DNA from: a virus | Lineage: Duplodnaviria > Caudoviricetes | Length of the DNA stretch: 31,251 bases | IMG/VR virus record: IMGVR_UViG_3300031260_000033 | Span: 1 to 31,251 of that record | Direction: 5' to 3' (one strand) | Shown here: piece by piece, positions 8,276-17,759 of the stretch | Position numbering within the stretch: position 1 is the first letter of the stretch | Layout of the letters: each line of letters opens with the position of its first letter | Program-made: the position numbers and the translations under genes | Notes under the pieces: generated by a model | What the model was told of the DNA's origin: nothing | Databases searched by the model: none | Seen by the model: only the letters and a program-made list of their open reading frames with translations

Positions 8276-8682
8276 TAAATAGATTCCCTCTTCAGATGAC
8301 TGTCAAGATCACCGTCTGCGATCTTAATCACAATTCCAGTTACTGCGTTACGCGCGGTTGTAAGTTCAAACACCTCCAGCATATTACCTGCTGAAATCGC
8401 GTCATACGTTGCCGCGTGAGTTATTTCGCCCCAGTTTGCGGTTGCTTCCGGGAATGCTATTTCTCCGTCATTGTCGTCAGTATATTCATTTGTTCCACTT
8501 GTTACGCCCGCCCAAGACACAGCCTGCCGCGCATAACTGCCTCCAGATACTTCTATACCTGTTGAAAGTGGATTGCCCACAAACAGCGCCAGATATGTTG
8601 TTGGTGGCGTATATGTCGATTCATTGTGTACATGTTTGAGCACTTTATCAAGCAGATAGTCACTCATTCCTACGTATCCCAT
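8275..8682 (-). CDS. Minor tail protein (MSDYL...YLALF...GGSYARQ...FPEATANWG family)
   Basis: Recognisable phage tail-fibre-associated family motif; position in the tail module. Confidence 0.8.
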   Translation of the reverse strand: MGYVGMSDYLLDKVLKHVHNESTYTPPTTYLALFVGNPLSTGIEVSGGSYARQAVSWAGVTSGTNEYTDDNDGEIAFPEATANWGEITHAATYDAISAGNMLEVFELTTARNAVTGIVIKIADGDLDSHLKRESI

Positions 8683-9263
8683 TATTCTATCTCCTGTTCA
8701 ATTTTAATCGTAAATCCGTTTGTAATCTCTGCCGCGCCGTTGTTAGTCACACAAACGCGCGCAGGTGTCGCCACCGTACCGCTGCTTGTTACTGTCATTG
8801 ATCCGCCGGACGTTGTGATCGTTGAATAGTCATATTCTTCATCTTGTTCATAGGCATAAGGGTCGTCTGAGATCAATTCAAGCACAAAATCAGAAACGCC
8901 TGCCCATTTCCGGTCAAATGGAATCTGCCCAGAATACCTGACAAGATAATACTTGTCAGCATCATCATCAAACACCAATTTAAGCTGTTTTGGCCTGCCG
9001 TATGAATCTGTAAGCGCTTTTGCAAATGTCCTGACAAGCGCATCAAGCGTGGCAGCGTCCGCGCATCGGTCAAAAAAACAAGGCAGCGAGAATGCCCTCA
9101 CGCCAAGTTCTGAATCGATCCAATAATCCCCGGCGCGCGCCAGCACCGACACCGCGCGGTCTTTAGTGCCTGGAACTATTGGTTGATCCGGCCCATGCCT
9201 CATTGTGATGCCGTAACTACTGGCAGCAACGCCGTTAAGTGTGAATCCGCCGTTATCCGTCAC
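8682..9263 (-). CDS. Distal tail protein (Dit), N-terminal domain
   Basis: Directly follows the tape measure gene; FTLNG...YGI, KLVFDDDADKYYL and DPYAY motifs. Confidence 0.85.
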   Translation of the reverse strand: MTDNGGFTLNGVAASSYGITMRHGPDQPIVPGTKDRAVSVLARAGDYWIDSELGVRAFSLPCFFDRCADAATLDALVRTFAKALTDSYGRPKQLKLVFDDDADKYYLVRYSGQIPFDRKWAGVSDFVLELISDDPYAYEQDEEYDYSTITTSGGSMTVTSSGTVATPARVCVTNNGAAEITNGFTIKIEQEIE

Positions 9264-11731
9264 AGATTCACACCTCGTGCGCGATTCTTACGATCAATCA
9301 TATTATAAAGCTCTTTTGCAAGCAGATTTATATCCTGATCGTTTCTCACTGTCATTTTATCAACGTTTATATTGATCTCAGTATTATTATTTGTTGCGGC
9401 AGATCCTATAGAATTGTCAGTTACATTCTGCAATTTATCAAGTGGAATCACCGCTTCCGGCCCCGCTTCGCCAATCACTGCAAGTGTCGGACTTGATACA
9501 ATACCACCATCTGCAAGCATCGGGATTTTTGGAATATTAAATCCAAAAGATTTAAATCCTACAATGTCTGCCAATACATCAGGAACATCAAAACTAAGCA
9601 TATTAAGCCCACGTATGAAGTCATTCATAACGGAAATTATGGAATTTACCACAGATTTAATTGAATTATAAATTCCTTCCCATATATTGGATACGCCGCT
9701 TGCAAGTGTGTTAAATACACCTAATATCTTGTCTTTGAATGAATTTATCCCTTTAAATATAATATCGGTATATGTCTTTGCAACGTCCGCCATTGACTCA
9801 AACGCGCCTTTAAAATCGCCTGAAACAAACGATTTAGCCGCGCTTCCGATGTCGCCAAACATAGATTGGTATTCTTCCGGCAGCATCTCAACAAACGGAG
9901 ACATTATGCCTTCTGCCGTGTCAATTGCATTTACAAACGTACCGGACATATCAGAAGCCCAATTTGACGCGCCGTCCGATATACCAGACCATGCACCTGC
10001 GAACATATCACCAAGGCCATCAAGCGCGCCACCGGCAGTATCTGAGATTGTATCCCACGCACCAGATAAAAATCCTGAAATCTTATCCCAGTTCCCTGTG
10101 ATGATTCCAAGCGGCGTGAAAGACCAGATCGTTTCAAGCGCGCCTTTTGTGTCTTCGCCGTCACCGACAAGCGCGGACCAAATGCCCGACACTGTATCCG
10201 ATACTGCTTCCCAGACATCGCCGAAGAATGAAACTATACCTGACAGAACATCCATCGCCGCGCCGAATATATCAACGCCATCAACTGCGCCTGAAATCCA
10301 ATCAGTAAATACTGATACTGCGTTTGAGATTACATCAAAAATACCAGTTATAATCTCAATCGCCTTGCCAAGAATATTAAATCTGGTCTGCAGATACATC
10401 AACAGCAGCGCAAGGCCCGCAACGACCAATATAATTGGATTTGCTGATAGAATTGTAAGCGCGGTACTAACCCCCGTAATTAGTGTCGGAAGTGCCACAA
10501 GCAGCGGACCAAGCACCACAAACGCAGCACCAAGCGCGCCGACAACTACGATAATAGGTTTAATCTCATCTGGAATGCCCTTAAACAGACCTAACAGATC
10601 TTTGAATATCGGTAGAATATCATCTTTCAGGATTGGCAGGAACACATCACCAAGTTCAAGTTTGAGATCCTCGAAAGATGCCATGATCTTTTCCATTGAT
10701 CTTCCGGCGCCTTCATCCATAGTCTCAAACGCTTTGTTTGTCGCACCAGTGGACGTATTCATTTCATCAAGCGCGTTTGTAAATGACTCTGCGCCCTGAT
10801 CGCTTGTCAATGAAAGTGCAGCGTTTCCTGCCTCAACAGATGAAAACAAATCCGATATGCTCAGATTCATGTCTTCAGCGCCGCCTTTCATAATCTCAAG
10901 CGCGCCTTGTAAGTCGCCACCAGACGCAATGAAATCTTTAAACGACTTTCCAGATAAATCTTTAAATTGTTCTGCTGTGCTGCTTCCGTCTTTTGATAGT
11001 TCTACAAGTGCCTGTCTAATCTGTGTGGTCGCCTGAGCTGTTGGCACACCCTGTGCAGTCATTGCCGCAAGTGCGGCAGTCACATTGCTGAATTCTAAAT
11101 CAAGCCCCGCAGCTGTTGGAATTACGTTATAAAGGCTTGATGATAGTTCTTCAAAGTTAGTTTTACCGAGTTTCACAGCGGTAAACATCAGATCAGATGC
11201 TTCTGCCGCGCTTAGTATCTCTGTGCCGTATGCGTTTGTGACTGATGTGATGCCATCTACTGCCGTTGTAAGATCTGTTACGCCCCCTACCGCGGCGGCG
11301 TTTGCAGTTTTAAGAAACTCAAAAACATTATCTGGCGGCACGCCTGCCGATATTGCCTGATACAATGCCGGGATTAATTCTCCGGTCGTTACACCAAGTT
11401 CGACTGATAGATCGCGCACGTCTTCGGACATTTGATCTTTTGCATCGCCTGTAAGATTCGGAAGCAGCGTAAAAACTTCGTTCATCTGCTTCTCATAATC
11501 AACTGATGCTGATGTCGCAAGACCAAACGATCCAACAATCGCCGCGCCCGCCGCAGTCATTCCAAACCCTATCGCCTTACTATTCTTTTTTAGCGCGCTT
11601 GTAACGGAAGATGATTTTTTCTGAGTCTTGTCAAGCGCGGCGTCTGCTTCGCTCAATCCAGTTTTAAGACCGGATGTGTCCGAAGTGATTGCGATCACAA
11701 TTCCTTCTTTAAACGCGCTTAAATCTACCAT
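9260..11731 (-). CDS. Tail tape measure protein (TP901-type core)
   Basis: 823 aa, Ala/Gly-rich and helical; LYQAISAG, VKLGKTNFEEL, W/F-periodic repeats, terminal LADGGIVSSPTLAVIGEAGPEAVIPL. Confidence 0.95.
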   Translation of the reverse strand: MVDLSAFKEGIVIAITSDTSGLKTGLSEADAALDKTQKKSSSVTSALKKNSKAIGFGMTAAGAAIVGSFGLATSASVDYEKQMNEVFTLLPNLTGDAKDQMSEDVRDLSVELGVTTGELIPALYQAISAGVPPDNVFEFLKTANAAAVGGVTDLTTAVDGITSVTNAYGTEILSAAEASDLMFTAVKLGKTNFEELSSSLYNVIPTAAGLDLEFSNVTAALAAMTAQGVPTAQATTQIRQALVELSKDGSSTAEQFKDLSGKSFKDFIASGGDLQGALEIMKGGAEDMNLSISDLFSSVEAGNAALSLTSDQGAESFTNALDEMNTSTGATNKAFETMDEGAGRSMEKIMASFEDLKLELGDVFLPILKDDILPIFKDLLGLFKGIPDEIKPIIVVVGALGAAFVVLGPLLVALPTLITGVSTALTILSANPIILVVAGLALLLMYLQTRFNILGKAIEIITGIFDVISNAVSVFTDWISGAVDGVDIFGAAMDVLSGIVSFFGDVWEAVSDTVSGIWSALVGDGEDTKGALETIWSFTPLGIITGNWDKISGFLSGAWDTISDTAGGALDGLGDMFAGAWSGISDGASNWASDMSGTFVNAIDTAEGIMSPFVEMLPEEYQSMFGDIGSAAKSFVSGDFKGAFESMADVAKTYTDIIFKGINSFKDKILGVFNTLASGVSNIWEGIYNSIKSVVNSIISVMNDFIRGLNMLSFDVPDVLADIVGFKSFGFNIPKIPMLADGGIVSSPTLAVIGEAGPEAVIPLDKLQNVTDNSIGSAATNNNTEININVDKMTVRNDQDINLLAKELYNMIDRKNRARGVNL

Positions 11732-12094
11732 TTATTTCCCTCCTCCTGAGACTTTGCACCATGACTGCATCGCGTTATATATCTCAGAAACATCATCAGA
11801 TTTTTTTGATTTTGTGTTGCTGAAATAATCGTCCGGCTTGCGTTGTTTTGGCGTTTTGGTCACAAATCCTACCGGAACGCCACTCTGGATCACAGAACAT
11901 ATCAATCCAATCCTTTGATTTTCAAGATGATTTATATTCTGCAAATACTCAGCGCGTGCTTCAAGATATGGCACAAGTTCGCCAGGCGTGCTGTCCCAGA
12001 ACTCATCCGGCTTCATTTCACCGACACCATACGCCAAACGCGCATGTTCGGAGATTATTTCTCCGATGCTTTGTCTGTCTGTTGCGCGTTTGGG
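11732..12094 (-). CDS. Tail assembly chaperone, second (gpT-like) part, probably reached by -1 frameshift
   Basis: MKPDEFWDSTPGE motif; the frame is open upstream to the slippery site at 12088-12094. Confidence 0.75.
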   Translation of the reverse strand, partial: PKRATDRQSIGEIISEHARLAYGVGEMKPDEFWDSTPGELVPYLEARAEYLQNINHLENQRIGLICSVIQSGVPVGFVTKTPKQRKPDDYFSNTKSKKSDDVSEIYNAMQSWCKVSGGGK

Positions 12095-12411
12095 TCGACA
12101 TCACCTGATCCCAACCATCCGCCAGATTCAAGAATGTTCTGAACTTTTTTCACAAATTCAACCATTCCATGTTCTGAAATGAAATCCTCGCATATGTCGC
12201 CTGCCTGCTCGATACTGATCGGCGCGCCACCACATGCGTTATTTGCCGCCCATATCAGCCCACGCGCACCAGTTAGAATCTTCGGATTCTGCCCTTCCAG
12301 CATAGTAATTGAGCCGATATTTTCCTCAAATGTAGCAAGCGCGTTAAAAGATGCGCGGAGGTTGTAGGTCTTACCTCCAGCTGTAATTGTTGTGTGTTTA
12401 CGTCCTGTCAA
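12055..12411 (-). CDS. Tail assembly chaperone (gpG-like)
   Basis: Lies between tube and tape measure genes; GGKTYNLRASFNALATFEE; TTG start with GAGGTG RBS. Confidence 0.8.
   Translation of the reverse strand: MTGRKHTTITAGGKTYNLRASFNALATFEENIGSITMLEGQNPKILTGARGLIWAANNACGGAPISIEQAGDICEDFISEHGMVEFVKKVQNILESGGWLGSGDVDPNAQQTDKASEK
12088..12094 (-). other. -1 ribosomal frameshift heptamer C CCA AAC
   Basis: XXXYYYZ pattern in the correct phase near the 3' end of the chaperone gene. Confidence 0.75.
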
Positions 12412-12421
12412 TTACTGCACC

Positions 12422-13168
12422 TCATGCCGGCTGTGCCACGCTGCCGATCTTGAATCTAAGCCAATATACCTTCGGCGTCTTATTCAGCTCAGCAACGGCC
12501 ACAGAAACATATGTGATCGCACCAGAGCCTGTATTGAGTGTGATTGCACTTGATGCTGCACCCGTTGCAACAACAGATCCGTTTACATAGATTGTTCCGG
12601 CTGTTGCTGTTGGAGTTATGGCCACAGATACGCTGTCAGAATATGCGGTGACGTCATATTCATAAGCCGTTGCAGATGCCGCTGGACTTGGTGTGAGCGC
12701 GTTTGCACCATCGTCTGCGATTGTAAAGAACGGCGTTGTAAGTCCAGTCGATGCTGTGCTTATGCGCTCAATCCTGCCGTTTACGGTGACCTCAACGTCA
12801 TATGTAACTGGCGCTTCGCCATCTGCTACAAGATTACATGACGCAATCTGCCCTACCCACTCCCATGAGGTAGCGCCGGAATCAAAGTCCGGCGGCATTA
12901 CAATCGCCCAGTTGGACTGTGTCCTGTCAAAAATTTCATCCACTAATGAATCCTGCGCGGCTGAGCCAAAGAAATTGATCGTGAAACTCATATTGCCTGC
13001 GTCAATCCATCCTACGTCTTTTGTGCGCACGCCGCCAATGTTATTCTGCGCGCTTGTGTCCTGTACGTCGCCGCTAAGTGTTGGCGGGGTAAGATTCTTA
13101 ATCTCACCGAGAGGCACACCGTTCTTGAGGATGATTGTGCCAATGCTACTTTTTGCCTGTTCTGTCAT
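12422..13168 (-). CDS. Major tail tube protein with C-terminal cadherin/Ig-like domain
   Basis: Tube motif (GWIDAGNMSFTINF), then LTPSP...YEYDV...VAITPTA...IYVNG...KVY beta-sandwich. Confidence 0.85.
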   Translation of the reverse strand: MTEQAKSSIGTIILKNGVPLGEIKNLTPPTLSGDVQDTSAQNNIGGVRTKDVGWIDAGNMSFTINFFGSAAQDSLVDEIFDRTQSNWAIVMPPDFDSGATSWEWVGQIASCNLVADGEAPVTYDVEVTVNGRIERISTASTGLTTPFFTIADDGANALTPSPAASATAYEYDVTAYSDSVSVAITPTATAGTIYVNGSVVATGAASSAITLNTGSGAITYVSVAVAELNKTPKVYWLRFKIGSVAQPA

Positions 13169-13180
13169 TTTATGTGACCT

Positions 13181-13594
13181 CTAATTATAATAATCATATT
13201 CTATCCAGAAATCTCTGTGTTCCATGTAGAGCGGGATTTCGGTATTCTCATCCGGCACGCCGCCAGCGTCTTTTATACTGATAATATAAACGCCTTTGTT
13301 CGTGCCGTACGTCATGCGCGTGTTCGTCATTCTGTGCAGAGCGTCCGCGCACATCTCAGATATGTCTTCTTCCTGCCCGGGAGAATCAGACCACGCAGTG
13401 CATTGTACGCGTGCGTGGCCATACCGCCCCGTGCTTGTATCAGAATCTCTGATCTTGTCGACTGCCTGCACGGTGATCGCCGGAAAAGTCGGATCTGTCG
13501 GAAGGCGCTTTCTATACACGCGCGTGCCGCATGCAGTGGCAATCGCCGAATCTGCTTTTAGTGCCGTAATCACAGCGTAAACAATATCCATCAT
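13181..13594 (-). CDS. Tail terminator/completion protein (DUF3168-like)
   Basis: GTRVY...PTFPAIT...RVQCTAWS; immediately precedes the tube gene. Confidence 0.8.
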   Translation of the reverse strand: MMDIVYAVITALKADSAIATACGTRVYRKRLPTDPTFPAITVQAVDKIRDSDTSTGRYGHARVQCTAWSDSPGQEEDISEMCADALHRMTNTRMTYGTNKGVYIISIKDAGGVPDENTEIPLYMEHRDFWIEYDYYN

Positions 13595-13950
13595 CCGTAC
13601 AATTCCTCTTCATAGATGCGCACATATTTGTCGTGATTCTTATCCAAGTTCGGCCTGAAATGCGGTTTGCCGGAATAATTATAAACTCTACCAAGCGAAT
13701 CAGCACCGACAAAGCCATATTCCAAGCGCTTTGCATATACTAAATTTGTGCCAACAAGCGCGGCGTCATCGCCCTGCATTTCTACATGAATGGATCGCCG
13801 ATATGTTCCGGTCTTATATGGTGCATCCTGCTGAACGTCGTTTTTATACTCGTTAGCCGCAAGTTTAATAGCCGTTTTCTGTCGTTTTAAAATCTCTTTC
13901 TCAAGCGCTACAAGCGCCTTTCTCACCTCCGATATGCCAGTTATTTTCAT
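13591..13950 (-). CDS. HK97 gp10-like neck protein
   Basis: Likely start MKITGI at 13950; APYKTGTYRRSI, VGTNLVYAKRLEYG, PHFRP. Confidence 0.85.
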   Translation of the reverse strand: MKITGISEVRKALVALEKEILKRQKTAIKLAANEYKNDVQQDAPYKTGTYRRSIHVEMQGDDAALVGTNLVYAKRLEYGFVGADSLGRVYNYSGKPHFRPNLDKNHDKYVRIYEEELYG

Positions 13951-13954
13951 AATA

Positions 13955-14173
13955 CTAATTTCCCCCGAAAATCTGACTAAATTTAGATATGATTGTAGAT
14001 ATGACGAACGAAAGCGCGGCGGCAAATCCAATAATCTGACCTTTAAAGCCCTCAAGTTCGTTTATGCGCTTTGAATGATCTTTGTCATTATCCTCGCATT
14101 TTTTAAGCTTGTCGATAATCATATCCATTTTCTCATCCAGTCTGATCAATAAATCATGATCGGATTTTTCCAT
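13955..14173 (-). CDS. Small coiled-coil protein with C-terminal TM helix (holin/XhlA-like)
   Basis: DHDLLIRLDEK...RINELE, then IIGFAAALSFVISTII. Confidence 0.65.
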   Translation of the reverse strand: MEKSDHDLLIRLDEKMDMIIDKLKKCEDNDKDHSKRINELEGFKGQIIGFAAALSFVISTIISKFSQIFGGN

Positions 14174-14174
14174 C

Positions 14175-14552
14175 TCAATTCCCACCTGAGACCAGATTAC
14201 AATATAACACCGTCACCGAGTTGTCATGGCTGGACTGAGACGCATAAAGCACCTCGTATGTGTCGCTACCAGATACTGCGCGGTGTAATCTTGTAATGTC
14301 TGGATACTCGCCATTTAGCGAGATTGTGTGCGTTGTAATACCATACTCATTTGAATCAGTACGCGTTTCTTTGCCAGCATTAAGCGCAATTGAGCATGGA
14401 ATATCTGCATGATCTGCAAGTGTAGACCACGTTTCAATAACCGCACCGTAATCATTTATAGACTCAGAATATTCCTGAATTGTCACAGAATCCGGATAGA
14501 AATTGTCAGTCAAATTTGTATTCCGCCTTGGATCTATAAATGATGTGTTCAT
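14175..14552 (-). CDS. Head closure protein (SPP1 gp16-like)
   Basis: VTIQ...DYGAVIETW...TYEVL; synteny. Confidence 0.8.
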   Translation of the reverse strand: MNTSFIDPRRNTNLTDNFYPDSVTIQEYSESINDYGAVIETWSTLADHADIPCSIALNAGKETRTDSNEYGITTHTISLNGEYPDITRLHRAVSGSDTYEVLYASQSSHDNSVTVLYCNLVSGGN

Positions 14553-14558
14553 TATAAT

Positions 14559-14912
14559 TCACCTTAAATCTAAATACGGATCATCTGGATTCGGCGTAAT
14601 GCAAATCCCAGTATCTTCGCCACGATTCGCGTTTGCCTGCACTCTAAGCGACTTTGCAGACGCGCGAAGAGCGGAGGCAGTCTGTGCCCCGTCTGTTTTG
14701 AGATCGTTGTTCTCGATTACTTTCAGGACATACGCCTGATTTGCAGCGATAACGTCAAGAGCATCCGCAGCGGCAAGCAGGATATTACTGTTTTGAAATC
14801 TCAGGAATTCTGAAATTTCATCGTCTGAGAATATCGCATTATCTGAAGATGTATCCTGACAGCGCAGGCGCGTCCTGCCTATTGCAGTTGAAAGATCATA
14901 TGTGAATGTCAT
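14559..14912 (-). CDS. Head-tail adaptor protein
   Basis: FTYD...IGRTRL...DT...FSDDEI...AAADAL. Confidence 0.8.
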   Translation of the reverse strand: MTFTYDLSTAIGRTRLRCQDTSSDNAIFSDDEISEFLRFQNSNILLAAADALDVIAANQAYVLKVIENNDLKTDGAQTASALRASAKSLRVQANANRGEDTGICITPNPDDPYLDLR

Positions 14913-15391
14913 TCCTCTATACCGTTCTCACCGTCTGCGAAATAATACCGAATCTGGCCAGTAAATGCCATTTCTGTTTGTTCGCTCGCCATTCTGTAAT
15001 ATACCTTCTGCCCTGCCGGTATGATCGGATTTCTTAGATTCTTACCGGAATCTGTTGATACTTTAGTATCACCAGCAATCGCGCGGAATCTTACAAGGCA
15101 GCATTTATCATCGCCAATTGCAAATTCAAACTGCGCCACCTTATCTTTGTTAGATACCGTTTCCGCCACAATTGCGGCGATATATCCCGCGCGTTCTGCG
15201 AATATGTCTGAAAATGAATTGCCTTCACTATCGACAATCTCAGCCCATTCGCCCCAGGTATTCGTTGCAGCGGGCGCGGTCAGCGTCATTGTGCGCGTGC
15301 AATCGCCGTTTTTGCCGTATGGGAAAATATTGGTACAATGATGATTATCTACAAACGCGCCACCGTAATTATCATCAAGATTGTTACCCAT
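14909..15391 (-). CDS. Hypothetical beta-rich virion protein
   Basis: 160 aa in the head module; NTWGEWAEI and IPAGQKVYYR motifs. Confidence 0.7.
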   Translation of the reverse strand: MGNNLDDNYGGAFVDNHHCTNIFPYGKNGDCTRTMTLTAPAATNTWGEWAEIVDSEGNSFSDIFAERAGYIAAIVAETVSNKDKVAQFEFAIGDDKCCLVRFRAIAGDTKVSTDSGKNLRNPIIPAGQKVYYRMASEQTEMAFTGQIRYYFADGENGIEE

Positions 15392-15393
15392 AT

Positions 15394-15753
15394 CTACCTC
15401 GTGCCCGCGTAGGCTACATCAACTGTTGGTGTAGTTGTCCCGGATTCTGAGACAAACCGCACGCGCACATATTCGAGCGGAAGATTTGAGCGTGAAAACA
15501 GTGTTGTCCCGTCCGTTGTGATTGTCTCATCCGCGCCATCTGCGGCAATATTGCCCCAGTTTGAGTTGTCCAGACTGCCCTCAAGACGTATGATCACGTT
15601 GGTGTCGACATCTGCCGTTGTCACCTGAAACGTATGATTTGCAAGGCCGTTTACCTGTATTGCGTCTGTTACGCCGACCGCAGCAATCTGATCAAACGAT
15701 TTGACGAAATAATCGCCCGGAATTTGTGCCGCGCTGCCTGTTATTTTTGGCAT
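15394..15753 (-). CDS. Hypothetical beta-sandwich virion protein
   Basis: LEGSLDNSNW...YVRVRF jelly-roll-like motif; GGTGAT RBS. Confidence 0.7.
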   Translation of the reverse strand: MPKITGSAAQIPGDYFVKSFDQIAAVGVTDAIQVNGLANHTFQVTTADVDTNVIIRLEGSLDNSNWGNIAADGADETITTDGTTLFSRSNLPLEYVRVRFVSESGTTTPTVDVAYAGTR

Positions 15754-15766
15754 ATTATATCACCAC

Positions 15767-15780
15767 CAAAAAAATAAATT
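15767..15780 (-). terminator. Oligo-T terminator after the capsid gene
   Basis: Minus strand reads AATTTATTTTTTT just after the stop codon. Confidence 0.5.
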
Positions 15781-15783
15781 GGA

Positions 15784-16878
15784 TTATGATTCCGGCTGTG
15801 ATGCTACCATGCCGCGGTAATCAATCTGTGCTGCTGCAAGATCCCAGGATACCTTATACTCAACAGAGTTATTCTCAAACGAATATCCGTCAAGTCCGCC
15901 ACCGATGATCTGTGAATCTGGTGTCTTCCTGAAGATGCGTGGTGTTGGCGCGCCCTGAAGTGTTGCAAATGCAACTGCCGGCCTGCCGATGTTAGGATCA
16001 GAGTACATATACCACTGCTTCTCAGCGTAATCATTGCTGGATGAAATTGAGGTGATCCACGGATTAACGGCCACCTGAAGATTGCTGTATGGATTTGCGC
16101 CCATCTGGCGCGTGTTGGTCTCAAGGGTCTCAATTGAGATCGCGCTCACAATTGCCTTTGCTACCTCTTCAAGTTCCGGAGGAACAATAAGGCCGCGCGG
16201 CCTGTTGTAAATTGGCATGCTGGCGTCGTCCACCTGCTGCGCCATGAGGATCGCGGCCTCTTTCACGCCTGCGACGGATAGTTCTGTTGTCATCAGATTA
16301 TTATGCGCTTCGGTAAACAGTGTAGCGTCTGCACCTGAAGAATCAGCAATCATTGACGTTGCGACGTATTCGCCCGTCATTGCGGCGGCCTCGCCAAGTT
16401 TCTCTGGGATCATATTGAACGCGCCGAGTGCGTCGTTTATGATCGCCTGCCTGGAAAGTTCAATCGAATCAGATCGAGTCTCAAGCTGGATTGTGTAATT
16501 GCTCTCACCCAGATAGGTCTTTGTCAGTCCGGCGAGTTCTTCCTGCGTCTGAAGGATGCGCCGTGGCCCTTCCAGTGCTGGCATTGGATTCGACTTGAAA
16601 TCATTTACAGTTACTGCGCGTGTCCACATTGGATATGATACCGGCCAGCGTGAGAACGAGTTCATAAGCTGCGCGTTCATATCGGATGTAAGAAGGTAAT
16701 CGAAATCCGATGTACTCATGGCTTCTGCGACTTTGCTGTATGCAGAAGGCCCTTCAAGTCCGGCAAGGAATTCATATACCTTTGATTTCTGCATCATACC
16801 CTCAGGTGTCTTGAGATATGAGCTGCCGCGCGGTGTTGAATGTTTTGCCCCGAAGGACTCAATTATTTTTGATGTCAT
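15784..16878 (-). CDS. Major capsid protein (HK97 fold, Mu gpT-like family)
   Basis: STSDF, VNDFK, LSRQAIINDALGAF and LIVPPELE motifs. Confidence 0.9.
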   Translation of the reverse strand: MTSKIIESFGAKHSTPRGSSYLKTPEGMMQKSKVYEFLAGLEGPSAYSKVAEAMSTSDFDYLLTSDMNAQLMNSFSRWPVSYPMWTRAVTVNDFKSNPMPALEGPRRILQTQEELAGLTKTYLGESNYTIQLETRSDSIELSRQAIINDALGAFNMIPEKLGEAAAMTGEYVATSMIADSSGADATLFTEAHNNLMTTELSVAGVKEAAILMAQQVDDASMPIYNRPRGLIVPPELEEVAKAIVSAISIETLETNTRQMGANPYSNLQVAVNPWITSISSSNDYAEKQWYMYSDPNIGRPAVAFATLQGAPTPRIFRKTPDSQIIGGGLDGYSFENNSVEYKVSWDLAAAQIDYRGMVASQPES

Positions 16879-16882
16879 TTAT

Positions 16883-17758
16883 TTAGACCTCTCTGTAGAA
16901 GATGTAAGCGTTGCCCACAAGGCTTGATGCCGCCTCAGTCTTGATCTGTCCGGTAATGTAATCGGTTGTACCGCCATTTGCATCAAGTTTCTGACTTGTT
17001 TTGCCGTTTGATCCGGCGTCTGCCGCAAGCAGATTATCGTATGTTGCAGTTGCGTTTGCATCCACGCCGTCAATCAGATTATCTGATGCAGTTGTTGCAG
17101 TTGCCGCGCTGCCGAAATTGAGCACGGCTGTAGCGGTACCGCCTGCGGTGGTCACATCTACAAGGATGCGCGTTACGATGATTGCCGAACTTTCCGGATT
17201 CTGCCATGCAAGGCAGAAGGCATCTGCGGCCCCTGCTGTTAGTGCCACTTTTGCCACTTTTACACAATCTGTCGCAAGTTTGGCGTTTGTTACGTTTGCA
17301 TCTGCGATCTTTGCAGTTGTAACATTTGATGCAAGGATTTTTGCAGTTGTTACTGCGTTGCTTGCAAGCTGTGTCGCGCCGATTGTGCCTGAGCCAAGCA
17401 CGCCGCCGATCATTGGCGGATGAATTACCTTGATTGTGTCGGTCTCACCGTCTGAGATTACCTCATCAGCATAGCCGAAAAATACGCCGGTGCTGTCGTT
17501 ACTCATTACAACTGGTGTTGCCTGCGATGCGAATATGCTATCGCCTTTTGCAATGCCGCCTGTTTCGCTGTCAGTTACTGATATGTCCACAACAAACGGC
17601 CCAAAATCGACTGTTGTTCCGCCATCTGTGCGCTCGTCTGTCAGTGCGATACCTGCAAGATTGCCATACAGACAGACGCCCCCTGATACCGGGCTTGCTG
17701 GATACGATACTACAACGTCGCGCTGATACCCCGGCTCTTCTGTTATATTAATTGCCAT
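16883..17758 (-). CDS. Capsid cement/decoration protein (DUF2190-like) extended into a fibre
   Basis: N-terminal 115 aa cement-like (SGG...GIALTD, IAKGD, FFGYA), then 10-aa VTTAKI repeats, then a globular C-domain. Confidence 0.7.
   Translation of the reverse strand: MAINITEEPGYQRDVVVSYPASPVSGGVCLYGNLAGIALTDERTDGGTTVDFGPFVVDISVTDSETGGIAKGDSIFASQATPVVMSNDSTGVFFGYADEVISDGETDTIKVIHPPMIGGVLGSGTIGATQLASNAVTTAKILASNVTTAKIADANVTNAKLATDCVKVAKVALTAGAADAFCLAWQNPESSAIIVTRILVDVTTAGGTATAVLNFGSAATATTASDNLIDGVDANATATYDNLLAADAGSNGKTSQKLDANGGTTDYITGQIKTEAASSLVGNAYIFYREV
17279..17395. repeat. 30-bp/10-aa repeats (VTTAKIxxxx), 3-4 copies
   Basis: IGATQLASNA VTTAKILASN VTTAKIADAN VTNAKLATD. Confidence 0.85.
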
Positions 17759-17759
17759 T

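Noticed and set aside
9372-10799. Long plus-strand ORFs (370 aa and 99 aa) and other antisense ORFs over structural genes
   Set aside because: They are shadows of the minus-strand genes, with no RBS or recognisable motifs.
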